Positions 10,983 through 22,629 of a stretch of 34,546 bases of DNA are shown here, piece by piece. The first letter of the stretch is position 1, and every line of letters starts with the position of its first letter. The notes under the pieces are model-generated. The model worked only from the letters and a program-made list of their open reading frames with translations, searched no databases and had not been told where the DNA came from. Both the position numbers and the translations under genes were made by a program. Source of the DNA: Octopus bimaculoides (lineage: Eukaryota); the NCBI RefSeq assembly GCF_001194135.2, contig NC_069001.1, positions 22,771,284 through 22,805,829 of the forward strand, read 5' to 3'.

Positions 10983-12375
10983 TAGTAGTCCCCTGGTATT
11001 CACGAGGGTTATGTTCCTAGAGCACCTGTGAATAATGAAAAGCCGCGAATATTGGACTTGGTCCATAAGAATGCCTATAAATGTCAATACATATATATAT
11101 TTTTTTCATTTTATCTAGTTTCAGCTCATGAGCTGTGGCCATGCTGGGGCACTGCCATATATATATAATTAATAATAATTTAATATAAAATAAGTAAAAT
11201 GTACGGTTACTCACCAATAATGAATGATATTGATTTAAGACGGTGATGATGAAAATAATAAGGGTAGTGACTGTTGTGCAAAGAAGATTTATAACTCTTC
11301 AGGTGATGTCTATCCTTCAGATGTTTTAAGGGATGTTGTATCTTCATGCAAGGCTTTCTTGGTGGGTTTGAGGAACATTGTGATAGGAACTTGCTGTCGT
11401 TTCTTCATAGTACTGAATAGATTTTTATATGTCTGCATGGTAGCATCAATGGCATTTTAAAATTGGAGAGACCAAACCACATAGGGATCCTATGCTTCTG
11501 CCTTCCATTGCAATTACTTTGCTGTCCTTAAAAGGTCAGACAGACATTCGATTGTCAGGCCCACCTCCTCTTCCTTTTCCTCTGGATCTGGCGCCTCCTC
11601 CTTCTCTTTGCTAGCAGACTTAGTTAACCCCAACAAATCTTTGTTTGCCAGGGTTTCTGATTGAGCTTTGATGAGGTTATTGACCTCATCTTGCGTGATG
11701 TTATCATTTCTTCGCCATCAAGTACCTTTGCCAGTTTCAGCACATCGTTGACAGCCTTGAGCTGAATATTCTCAAGTGAGAAACCCTCATAGTCCTGGAC
11801 ACACTCTGTGGTCACACCTTCCAGCATGCAATGAGTGCTTCTTTGCTCATGTCTTTAAGAGCAGTGTGGATGACTGACACACATTGCGATCATGAAGTTA
11901 TGCCAGTACTCCTTTAACTTGAAATTCTAGTCCAAATCCATTGCGTCCATAAGGTGCTGGAGAGAGTTCTGAGTGTAAAGTGCCTTGAAGGCATGGATCA
12001 CACTTTGATCCATTGGCTACATGAGGGCGGTTGTGATAGCATGGAGAAACTCAACTTGGTGTCCCTCGTGATTCAAATCCAAAGAGTGACCACCTGCATT
12101 ATCCATAACAAGCAGCACCTAGAATACCATGCATGCGTTTTGGAGATATGCCAAAGTTAGACTTTTGGTAATCCGGGCCTTGGAATTGTGCATCCAGTGA
12201 ACAAGCAGCAGGTTTTTATTCTCATTTTTGAAGGCCCTTGGGTTTGCGGACTTGTAGATAAGTCCTGGTTTCATCATAAAGCCAGCAGCATTGCCACACA
12301 TAATTAGCATCACTCTGTCCTTCCGTGCCTTAAATCCTTGGGCTCTGGTGTTGTCAATAGCTTGGCTGCAGTTCT
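10983..12375 (-). mobile_element. Tigger/pogo DNA transposon relic (DDE_1-type transposase pseudogene)
   Basis: Minus-strand RAQGFKARKDRVMLIMCGNAAGFMMKPGLIYKSANPRAFKNENKNLLLVHWMHNSKARITK is characteristic of Tigger/pogo transposases; Tigger-like end TAGTAGTCCCCTGGTATTCACGAGGG at 10983; frameshifted and 5'-truncated. Confidence 0.88.
11108..11157 (-). mobile_element. SINE family B tail fragment inside the Tigger relic
   Basis: CTAGTTTCAGCTCATGAGCTGTGGCCATGCTGGGGCACTGCC. Confidence 0.65.
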
Positions 12376-12553
12376 TTGATGCCTTCTGCTCCGTCTCCTC
12401 TGTTGAACGGCTGGTATAATTTCCATGCTTTCTCATGGATGATGCTACACAGATGCATATCACCAATGGCAGATTGAGTAGAGATTGAAAAATAATCATG
12501 GTTTGGTTTTGAAAAATTTAGTTTGTATTATCACTAGATAGAGTAGTCTATAC

Positions 12554-12591
<38 letters not shown>

Positions 12592-12610
12592 TAATAATAA
12601 TAATAATGAT
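12554..12610. repeat. (AAT)n microsatellite
   Basis: Seen directly. Confidence 0.95.
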
Positions 12611-13109
12611 AGAGAGGACCAGCAAGTAACTTAATTTTAATGAGGCTATATATTGGCTTATGACCTTAAAAATTATCCTGTTGAAATAAACAATGTGCAT
12701 GATCAAATGTAGTAATGATTTTAAAAAGCACTGGTATAAAATTAACGTTTAGTCTCTCATTGTATATATCTTTGATCTGTCATCACTTGCTCAAGTAATA
12801 CTGGTGCAATACACTGTGTGTGTATATATATATATATATATATAAAAAGAGTATAACTAGCTGAAATTGCAAAGATAATCTGGAACTCGACTGAGGAAAT
12901 AGAACTTTGAATGACCTGTCCTTGTTTTTTCTTCTCCCTTTTTTATATCATCTGGATGTTTTGCGTTCTTGTCCCATTTTTTGTATTCCTTTTTATATAT
13001 ATATATGTATATATTTATGTATGTATATACTTATATATATGTATGTATATATATTTATATGCATATATATTTATTCATATGTATGTAGATATATATGTAT
13101 ATATATATG

Positions 13110-13160
<51 letters not shown>

Positions 13161-13174
13161 GGACAATCAGTTAG

Positions 13175-13249
13175 TTGTCATAATAAAACTCAGAGTTTCG
13201 GATGTCAGGGCTGAAGCCTGCTCCAGCATCTCATCAGTTATTAAGACAA
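13175..13249 (-). ncRNA. Type I hammerhead ribozyme, complete core
   Basis: Minus strand: TTGTC t TAATAA | CTGATGA | GATG ctggag cagg cttcag ccctga CATC c | GAAAC tctga GTT | TTATTA t GACAA. Stem I 6+5 bp, stem II present, core CUGAUGA/GAAA intact, NUH=GUU. Confidence 0.8.
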
Positions 13250-14012
13250 AAACAGTATGAAAAAACCGTTGAATAAAGGGTAGTTATTCTAATAGGCATG
13301 GAGAAAGTAAAACTTCGTTCATAGAATCTGCATATGCACACATGTACACATATATACATACATGTACGCACACACACACACACATGTGTATACATATATA
13401 GATACTCACACACACGTGTACATATATACACACACATATATATATATCTATACACATGTAAACATACACACATATATACGTGCATATACACATACACACA
13501 CGTCTATGTTCCCATGCACACGTTATTGTGTTCATGTATACATCTCTATACGCTCATGCACATTCATACACGGATATACCAAGCCACGCATATGCATGTA
13601 TATGTACAAATATGCACACACACACACACACACATACGTATAAATAGGTAGTCAGCATCATCCTCACATAGATATATAGACGTTTATACAAATAAAAACA
13701 CATACACTAAAACATAAACCGTAAACACATTCACATTCACCGCAAAACTTGAATATACATATGAGTTATGTATGTATATGGGTGCATATATATATATATA
13801 TACACAAATACACCCTCCCGTCTGTCAAACACACCTACATCTGCAGATATACAAACGTATATACATACATATATGTATGAGAAAGGAGACAAATAGAACG
13901 GATACAGTCTTTATGCTTATGTTATTTTTATAAAAGTTCAGTTTTTTCTATTATTATATAAGCTTTTTTAAAACTATAAATCAGTCCTCAAATACCATCC
14001 AGACTCTGTATA

Positions 14013-14254
14013 TCATCATCATCGTTTAACATCCACTTTCCATGCTAGCATGGGTTGGACGATTTGACTGAGGACTGGCGAGCCAGAAGGCTGTACCAGG
14101 CTCCAATCTGATCTGGCAGAGTTTCTACAGCTGGATGCCCTTCCTAACGCCAACCACTCCAAGAGTGTAGTGGGTGCTTTTACGTGCCATCGGCACGAGG
14201 GCCAGTCACACAGTACTGGCAACAGCCATACTCACGGTACTGGCAACGGCCACG

Positions 14255-14256
<2 letters not shown>
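14013..14256 (-). mobile_element. Family A retroposon 3' end
   Basis: Close reverse complement of 1-240. Confidence 0.85.
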
Positions 14257-14298
<42 letters not shown>

Positions 14299-14304
14299 TT
14301 TATC

Positions 14305-14688
14305 TGTTTCAGTCATTTCACTGCAGCCATGCTAGAGCACTGCCTTTAGTTCGACCCCATGACTTATTCTTTGTGTACCTAGCATTTATTTTATTGGTTG
14401 CTTTTACCAAACCGCTAAGTTACAGGGACGTAAACAGACCAACATCAGTTTTAAGCGATGGTGGGGGACAAACACAGATTCATAAACACATACACACAAC
14501 ACACACACATACATACATATCTATATACGACAGTTTTCTTTCAGTTTCTGTCTACCAAATCCACTCACAAGGCTTTGGACGGCTCGAAGCTATAGTAGAA
14601 GACACTTGCCCAGAGTGTCATGCAGTGGGACTAAACCTGGAACCATTAGGTTGGTAAGCAAGCTACTTACCACAAAGCCACTCTTGCA

Positions 14689-14690
<2 letters not shown>
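14305..14690 (-). mobile_element. SINE family B, full length
   Basis: Tail, body and head (CAAGCTACTTACCAC) present. Confidence 0.88.
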
Positions 14691-14724
<34 letters not shown>

Positions 14725-14825
14725 GTCTCAGAAAGATTTACTCATCCAGTTCAATATTTAAGAGATGAGGAATTATGTACATTTTTTACATTTGACGGAT
14801 ATTTGTCCTCATCTTCTTTGTTGTT

Positions 14826-14871
14826 AACACAACGTTTCGGCTGATATACCCTCCAGCCTTCATCAGGTGTC
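14826..14871 (-). ncRNA. Minimal type I hammerhead ribozyme, intact core
   Basis: Minus strand GACAC CTGATGA a GGCTG gagggtatat CAGCC GAAAC GTT GTGTT; stem I GACAC/GTGTT, stem II 5 bp, palindromic AACGTT stem III. Confidence 0.78.
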
Positions 14872-14940
14872 TTGGGGAAATTTCGAACCTGGATTCTCAT
14901 TCCTAATGAGAATGAGAACCCAGTATTGAAATTTCCTCAA

Positions 14941-14986
14941 GACACCTGATGAAGGCTGGAGGGTATATCAGCTAAAACGTTGTGTT
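14941..14986 (+). ncRNA. Inverted twin hammerhead with mutated core
   Basis: GACAC CTGATGA a GGCTG gagggtatat CAGCT AAAAC GTT GTGTT; CCGAAA changed to CTAAAA, losing G12. Confidence 0.7.
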
Positions 14987-15624
14987 AACAACAAACAAGA
15001 TGAGGACAAATATCCGTCAAATGTAAATAATGTAAATAATGTACAGATTTACTCATGTTTAAAACTTTTCTTAAACGATATCAGTTAAGGTAATATTATC
15101 TACATTTTACATAAAGATTTGCCTATGTCTTTTGTTCATGTATCTATTGTTTCGTTCATCTATAACTGGTTTGTAAACCTACATGACATCAAATGCAAAA
15201 TATGGCCAGATTGTTGCTTTGAAAACAGCTGGAGTGAATAACAAGGACGATAACAAACAGTTGAATGTGTGCTGTAAAACTGATCGATACCTGGAAACAA
15301 TATATGGAGTCCTCTGCTACCTCTAGAAAACCAATTTCTGGTAGAAAATTATCAATTCATTCCAAACAAACCGTTGAAACTGGGAAGAAGTGAATGAACT
15401 GAAATCCCTGCAGGAATGACAGCAAAAGCTCTTGATATTTCGAAATTGTCAATGCACATGATTTTTAAAGAGGATTTGAAGATAACTGCATACAAGAAAC
15501 AATCCCGGCAGTTAATTTCAGCAACTTTCAAGAAGAAACAGCTCAACAGGAGTAAACCATGTTAGCTGAGATGAAGTGTTCCACTAACAGAATGTTGATC
15601 TGGTACAACTAGAAGATCTTCACT

Positions 15625-16080
15625 GTGGAAGCAGTTACTAATGGGCAGAATGACAGGCTTTATGCATGTAATGCAGGAGACTTGCATGAAGGTAGCAGTA
15701 GTCATTTACACAATCAGAAGCCAACTTCACTCATGGTGTGGGCCGCAGTTGCATCTGATGGGTCCAAATCTCACTTGATCTTCATCAATGCTGTCATCAA
15801 GGTCAACAGTGAAGTTTATGTGGAAATGTTGGATGAGAAAGTGTTACCCAGGGTCACAGAAACCTTTGGTGACCATTACATCTTCACTCAAAACGAGGCT
15901 CCAGCCCACACATCCAATTTAACACAGAGGTGATGCAAAGAGCAATTCAGCAGCTTTTGAGACAAAACGATATTGCCTCCCTCAAGTTCAGACATCAGAC
16001 CCATGGAATTTGTTTTATGGTCCAACTTAGAGTGTGTTTCTGCACACTTCTATAAAAATGTGTCTGTTCTGAAGAAAGCC
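15625..16080 (+). pseudogene. Transposase catalytic-domain pseudogene (maT-like)
   Basis: ORF 15625-15933 continues in frame through two TGA stops to PMEFVLWSNLE. Confidence 0.85.
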
Positions 16081-17754
16081 CTTCTGTCTCTCCATGGGTA
16101 AAGTTGGATGAAGAGGTAATACAGCAACTCAGTGACCACTCATTTGCAGACTATGATCAAGGCAAAAGGTAGTCATTTTGAAATTTAATTACTGTAGTGG
16201 ATTGACCATTTACATTAGAATGGGTGTGCCAAATTTCATTATCCTACTTTAAGTTTATTTTGAATAATGGGTAAATCTTTTTGGGATGTGACGCCAATGT
16301 ATGTTAGATGGTTTTGGTTTTTATGAAAAGAACTTCTTCATGGTCGTTTTATTTTATTTTATTAACTGTAATGTTGATGGATGAAGAGAAAACATTTATA
16401 TTACACTGTTACTGTTGTTTCTGAATGTAGTTCTGTTAATAACATGATACTCATCTCTATTTAGGCCAACAAAATAAATGGTCTGATATATGTGTAACGT
16501 TGGGATTTTGGCAATTGTTGTTCTTATAGATTCACAATACTTACATATATCTGGTGAAAAATGCCAGAGCCATTTTACCACTGATTAGGAAGGATGTCTA
16601 ATGTAACTACTTGGCAAAGTAATTCATGTAAAAATATCTCTTGGATTATCTTTTCCAAGCAAGCAAGAAAAATAAATTCTACAAAACGATGAAGGATACT
16701 CAAAAATATAAGCAAGTCCTGCTTTGTTATACAATTTATATCTTACAGAGTGGCTTCCAGCTAAATATATAATGTACATTTTATTACACAGCTCATTCAT
16801 GATGTTTGCTTAAATGTACATCGAGAAGAGATTGAATTATAAGCAGTACCATATTCAAATCATTTTTATATTCTGACTTTATTTTCCTAATTTATCAATG
16901 TTGTACTAGTAATTAGTGTTTGCATAAAACATGAAATTACACAGAATATGGGATTTAACTCTACAGGTGTGAATGAATGTACATTTTCATTGGACTTTGA
17001 ACTCTTTTTATTTTCATAATTTATAGAGATGACTGCACCCACTTAAGAATCAATTTTTTCTTCTTCCTCTTTTTGCTTATCTTTCCCATACTACTTCCTA
17101 AAATTGGCTTTTTGAAAGGTCATTTAGCCACTACCACCCACTATGAGAAAATGTGTATATTTACAAATATGTTGATAGGTATACAAGGAGAAAGGAAAGA
17201 GGAGGAAAAACAGAAAAAATGCTTTGTAATGAAATTTCAGTTGGTTGACCACATCAAATTGAAAAGAAACCTCTCTCTCTCTCTGCCTAGCCTTTCCCCT
17301 GCCCTTTGCTTTTCTTTCTCTTTCTCGATTGACCTGCTCTCTATCTCTCTTTTACCTTTTCTCCAAAAAACAAATTTTTTTCTCCTAAGCAAGCAATATA
17401 ATAGAAATGAAACCTCTCTTTATCTATCTTTTTACCCCCTTTTTGGTTTACTTTCTCGATTGTCCTGCTCCCTATCTTTCTCTTCTCCAAAAAAACAAAA
17501 TCATTTTCTTCTCTTCTATACAAAACAAAAAGACATCCAATTCAAATAAATTATAAGGAAACAATCGGTTTTCATTATTTTGATTTTGATTTTTCTCATA
17601 AAAAGTTTGGTTAAACAAATGAAACAGCTAATAAAGAATTATCCCAAATTTTGACTGTCTCCTTTTGCTCAATATACAATATCTGTACACCACTTCAAAT
17701 GTTCTCTCTCTTTTTCTATATATGTGTGAGTGTGTGTGTGTGTGTGTGTGTGTA

Positions 17755-18637
17755 CAGGGTGCAATGATAAAATCGTTGCCATTTTATACTTTTAATTTCA
17801 TGCATGCACATTGTTTGCTTTTGATTTTGTCGACTGCACAGTATAGTCGGGTCAGTTGGGCACCATCTGTGAGAAAAACAGCACCATGACACAGCTCACT
17901 CGGCCAGAAATTTGGAAACGACATGCTGTACTGCTTGGCATTTGTGCCAGAAGGTCCAATACAGATATTTCAGTGTTTGGGTGTCAGAAGACAGTGCAGT
18001 CTGAGAACATGTACCAAGAGTGATAAAAATTAAACATCCAGTCAACATCATGGGGTTTGGACTAATAAATAGTGATGGTGACGTTATGACTCCATCCATC
18101 TTCCCACAAGACCTCAGATTCCACATGGAGGCCTACATCAAATGTCTGGATGAGATAGTGCTACCCTGGGTCAAGAGGGTGGCTGCTGGAAGACCCTATG
18201 TCTGGCAGCAGGACTCTGCACCATACCACACAAGCAAGAGAACTCAGTCATGGTTGTCAGACAATTTCTGCAACCACATCACTCCTAACATCCAGCCACC
18301 TAACTCCCCAGACTGCAACCCCTTTGATTATTATGTTTGGGGCACAGTTGAGCGAGACAACAACAAAACTCCTTGTAACACCAAAGATGAACTGAAGGCA
18401 AAGATTATGGCAGCATTCACCAACTTAAAAAAGGAGACTGTCCAGAAGAGCTGCAGGAGATTCCGAAGTTTTCTGGAGGATGTGGTTGAAGCAAATGGCG
18501 ATTTTACTGAGTATATTTACTCTTTAGTATTTCAAGATATTTTTATGTGATTTTGGTAAATATATCTGTTAAAATGAGAAGTCAGTGTAATTTTCATTTT
18601 TGTGTAACTTAGAAGAGAGTTTATTCATGGCACTCTG
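17755..18637 (+). mobile_element. maT (DD37D) Tc1/mariner relic 2, internally deleted
   Basis: TA-CAGGGTGCAATGATAAA ... TTTATTCATGGCACTCTG-TA; N-terminus MTQLTRPEIWKRHAVLLGI from 17886 joined to the catalytic region WQQDSAPYHT...PPNSPDCNPFDYYVWG with exactly 37 residues between the two Asp. Confidence 0.9.
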
Positions 18638-18642
18638 TATAT

Positions 18643-18975
18643 AGACATACAAGTGTTTTCTATAGCCTCAAGCCAACCAAAGCCTTGTGAGTGAATTTGG
18701 AAGATGGAAGCTGAAAGAAGCCCATCATGTGTGTGTGTATGTGTGCGTGTGGGTTGGGGGGCTTGCATCTGTGTTTGTCCACCACTACCACCACCACCAC
18801 TGCTTGACAATTGGTGTTCAGCAACTTACAGGTTCAGCAAAAGAGACTGATAGAATGATTACCAGGCTTAAAAGAGCATAGATACTGGATTTGATTCACC
18901 TAACTAAAAATTCTTCATGACAGTACCTTAGTATTGCTGCAGTCTAATGAATGAAACAAACAAAAGATAAAAGAT
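18643..18975 (+). mobile_element. SINE family B lacking head
   Basis: CTATAGCCTCAAGCCAACCAAAGCCTTGTGAG...GAAACAAACAAAAGATAAAAG. Confidence 0.8.
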
Positions 18976-19658
18976 ACGTGTGTGTGTGTGTATGTGAGTG
19001 TGCATGCGTGTGTGTGCATGAAATAAATACAAAATCTTGAATCAAAGATCAAGAAGATCAGAAATTTAATATAAGTACATGTTGTATGGAATGTTCTAGA
19101 ACCAGTAGGTGTATTTTACAGACTTATTGTGTCAGCAAAGAATCTCCAATTTTGTTAATTTTAATAGCTCTTTGGAAACAAATGATTGTAATCTGTAAAT
19201 GTAGTTAAGTTATTTCAGAACATCTGTTTGTAATTCAAATGTTTGGAGCAAATCTGATTCAGTGCAATTAAAATAATTTCTATAAAAATTATGACGTCAA
19301 AGAATTAGAAATAAAATGCTCATTCAAACCATTTTGGTATATGTTAGATAAAAATACTCCTTCATATTTTGGCTTTATAATCACATACTTGTATATTTAA
19401 ATATAGATATACGTTAGTATAATAAATAATTCAAATAATAAGAAACTAATATACAGAAAATAGGTACCTGATTAACTTCATAATATTAATTTTGGAAAAT
19501 GAAGAAATAATTATATTTTATCCTGTGATCTATAATAACCTTAAACATATGCAATTTTCATATATACATATATATATATATATATATATGCCCATATATT
19601 CACACAAAACAATTTCTATACTCTTATATACACATAGATTTACACTTTTATCTATGTA

Positions 19659-19758
<100 letters not shown>

Positions 19759-20065
19759 TGTATGTATTACACTCACACACACACACACACACCCACACAC
19801 ACACAAACATTTCCTTACATATGCATACACACTCACAAGTATCAACATCATCATCATCATTCAACGTTTGCTTTCCATGCTATGTTTATGTATATATATA
19901 TAAATAGCCACACACCCATTATACCCAAATAAACACATAAGTGTTCATCCACACGCACACATGCATATATATATCAGCACTTTTATAAACATACATGCCC
20001 ATATATATGTATATGCATAGATACATAAATACATTCATATATGTGAACACATATGCAAGCGGACA

Positions 20066-20723
20066 TCAAAAATTATCCTCACTTTTGCCATAGCATATCT
20101 TCATTATTGTCACACTGCCTTCTGTGCATGTATGCTTATAGTTGGTACTATCGTGGTCATGTAATCGAAGATTGAGCCTGATTGTACCATTTTCCTTTCT
20201 GGCTTTACAGTGTAAGCATGACCACTTCACTTGCAATATGTACCAAAAAAGAACAAACAGCAGTGATCCAATTTCTCTAGTCGGAAGATGTGTCAGGTGC
20301 TGAAATTTATCAGAAGCTTTTAGCACAGTACAGGGACAGTGCACTACCACATAGATATGTGTACGAGTGGATCGAGAAGTTTAAAAGTGGCCTGATAGCA
20401 TGATGCACAAAAAGAGAGCAGGACACCCATCAATCTCCACCACTGACGAGAAGATTCAGCAAGCTCGAGAGATAATAATGGTGAACTGGTTCACCATTAC
20501 CAACTCTTGGATCACTGCTCTTTGTTCTTCTTTGGTGCACATTGGCAGTGGAGTGCCATGCTTACACTGTAAAGCCAGAAAGGAAATTGGCACTACCAGA
20601 CTCAAATTTTGATCTTGGGACCACAATAGTACCAACTATAGGCATGCATATGCAGAAGGCAGTGTGACAATAATAAAGATATGTTATGGTGAAAGTGTGG
20701 ATAATTTTTGACTTACCCTCGTA
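20066..20723. mobile_element. Mariner-derived fold-back element with about 205-bp inverted arms
   Basis: Arms 20066-20271 and 20507-20711; right end GACTTACCCTCG-TA; internal frame MTTSLAICTKKEQTAVIQFL*SEDVSGAEIYQKLLAQY...VYEWIEKFKSG is the mariner N-terminal HTH region. Confidence 0.88.
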
Positions 20724-20859
20724 TATGCAGATACGTGTTTATCTAAAGACCATTTGTTTTTACTTGTTTCAAATTGGGGCACAAAGGGAAGAATTTTTAG
20801 TTGAACGAATCAGCTGCAATACTTGTTTAATCATCCTTTGCTGAACCATTTATTTATGA

Positions 20860-21825
20860 GGACAGGCTGTATTGCTTCATCTGACACACATGCAACACAT
20901 CTCAGAACTTCAATATGCCAATGGCAGTGCTGCCCTTTGTCATCCAAAAGAAGAACTCCAACAATCTGTGAACAACTTTGCTATGGCCTTACAGTAGACA
21001 TCAAGAAAACCAAGGTCCTTGCACAACCAGCCCCAAATACCATCTTACCAGATTTTGATGTTACCATCTCAAAAAAGTAGAGCCCTTTCCACATCTACAC
21101 TGCCTTTTAGCAAACAAGTGCACCTCAGAAAAGAATGTGGGACACAGAATTTGAGCTGCCCACGGGGTATATGGAAAGTTAACAAAAGGCGTTTCCAACA
21201 ACAAAGATCTTAACCCAACAATGAAAATTATGGTTTATAATGCTGTTGTCCTCTCAACCTCGTTACAAAACCTGGACTCTATGCCGTCACACCATCTGAA
21301 AATTAGAATGTTTTCACCAACAAAAGCTTCATTGAATTTTGAGCATCAACTGGAAACAGTATGTGACCAGCAACAAAGTCCTGGCAAGAGCCAACAGTCA
21401 AAGCATCGAATCCCTGATTATGAAACACCCTCTTCAATGGTCAGGACATGTAGCAATAATGGAAGAGTCATGGTCCCCATGCCAAGTCTTATTCAGTGAG
21501 CTCACTTCAGGGAAAAAACTTTGGGGTTGCCCTCTTTGAAGATACAAGAACCAACTCAAAGCAACATCAAAAGCCACTGGAATTGAGCCTAAATAGTTTG
21601 AAACAAGACTAAGACCACACCAAAAGATGGTGTTCAATTACCATTGGAACCAAAAGCTTCAAACACACCAGAACAGAAAGGAAGAAATCAAATGACAGGA
21701 CAGAAAGTCTCAACAAGATCAACCTTGTCCTCCACCTACATTACCCTGCAGTCAATGCCATTGACTCTTCTATTCAAGAATTGGTCTACAAAATCATCAA
21801 CAGTAAAACCATAGAGGAAGCGTTA
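20860..21825 (+). mobile_element. RTE-clade LINE 3' fragment (RT C-terminus), pseudogenised
   Basis: Frameshifted pieces: ELQYANG (YADD position), YGLTVDIKKTKVL, KIMVYNAVVLST, INWKQYVTSNKVLARA...WSGHVA, terminal CSQCH*LFYSRIGLQNH. Confidence 0.85.
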
Positions 21826-21852
21826 CAATTTTATGTGTATATATATATATAT

Positions 21853-22563
21853 ATCATCATCATCATCATCATCATCGTTTAACGTCCGCTTTCTATGCTA
21901 GCATGGGTTGGACGATTTGACTGAGGACTGGCGAACCAGATGGCTGCACCAGTTTCCAATCTGATCTGGCAGAGTTTCTACAGCTGGATGCCCTTCCTAA
22001 TGCCAACCACTCCAAGAGTGTAGTAGGTGATTTTACGTGCCACCGGCATGAGGGCCAGTCAGGTGGTACTAGCAACGGCCACGCTCAAGATGGTGTTTTT
22101 GCATGCCACCTGCATAGGAGCCAGTCCAGTGGCACTGGCAATGACCTCGCTCGAATGTTTTTTCACGTGCCACTGGCCCAAGTGCCAGTAAGGTGACGCT
22201 GGTAACGATCGTGCTCAAATGGTGCTATTTATGTGTCACTGGCACAGAAGCCAGGCAGCTGCTCTGGTAATGATCATGCTCGGACAGTGCTGCTAGCGCT
22301 CAACTGGCACAGGTGCCAGTCATCAAATTTGGTTCAATTACGATTTCGATTTCGATTTTGATTTTGATTTCACTTGCCCCAACAAGTCTTTGCAAGCAGA
22401 GTTTAGTGTCCACTGAAGGAGAGGTTAGCATGGGTGCCAGTCATCGAATTTGGTTCAACTTCGATTTCACTTGCCTCAACAGGTCTTCGCAAGCAGAGTT
22501 TAGTGTCCAATGAAGGAAAGGTACGCATAAGTGGGCTGGCTACACCCCTGGCAGAGGCCACGG
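21853..22563 (-). mobile_element. Longest family A copy with internal sub-repeats
   Basis: (CAT)n tail end as in 1-240, repeated CGTGCCAC(T/C)GGC units and an about 120-bp tandem duplication at 22310-22520. Confidence 0.8.
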
Positions 22564-22629
22564 ATATATCATCAGCAAATCATAAATCCAAAAGAGAAGC
22601 ACACTCTAAGTTATCGAGTAGTAGAGTAT

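Larger units (their letters stand above)
14746..15044. mobile_element. Palindromic Penelope-like non-coding insertion with 12-bp TSD
   Basis: AGATTTACTCAT at 14734-14745 and 15045-15056; arms about 14775-14905 and 14906-15044 are near-perfect inverted repeats, each carrying a hammerhead motif. Confidence 0.8.
14719..16290 (+). mobile_element. maT-like (DD37D-type) Tc1/mariner relic 1
   Basis: Starts TA-GGGTGTCTCAGAAAG; degenerate right TIR near 16267-16290 (ATGGGTAAATCTTTTTGGGAT); transposase remnant KPTSLMVWAAVASDGSKS...FTQNEAPAHTS...PPSSSDIRPMEF with 37 residues between the second and third catalytic positions; two TGG>TGA stops. Confidence 0.85.

Noticed and set aside
12868-12990. CTGAGGA motif upstream of the 13175 ribozyme
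   Set aside because: No GAAA or paired stems; might belong to the same element but unproven.
17073-17549. 158-aa ORF and about 140-bp diverged tandem duplication
   Set aside because: Low-complexity CT-rich sequence with no protein motif.
20440-20470. CTGACGAG motif
   Set aside because: Part of the mariner coding sequence (TTDEK); no downstream GAAA or stems.
22567-22575. Minus-strand CTGATGA, also at about 23505 and 32286
   Set aside because: No stem II/GAAA/NUH arrangement follows; chance heptamers.
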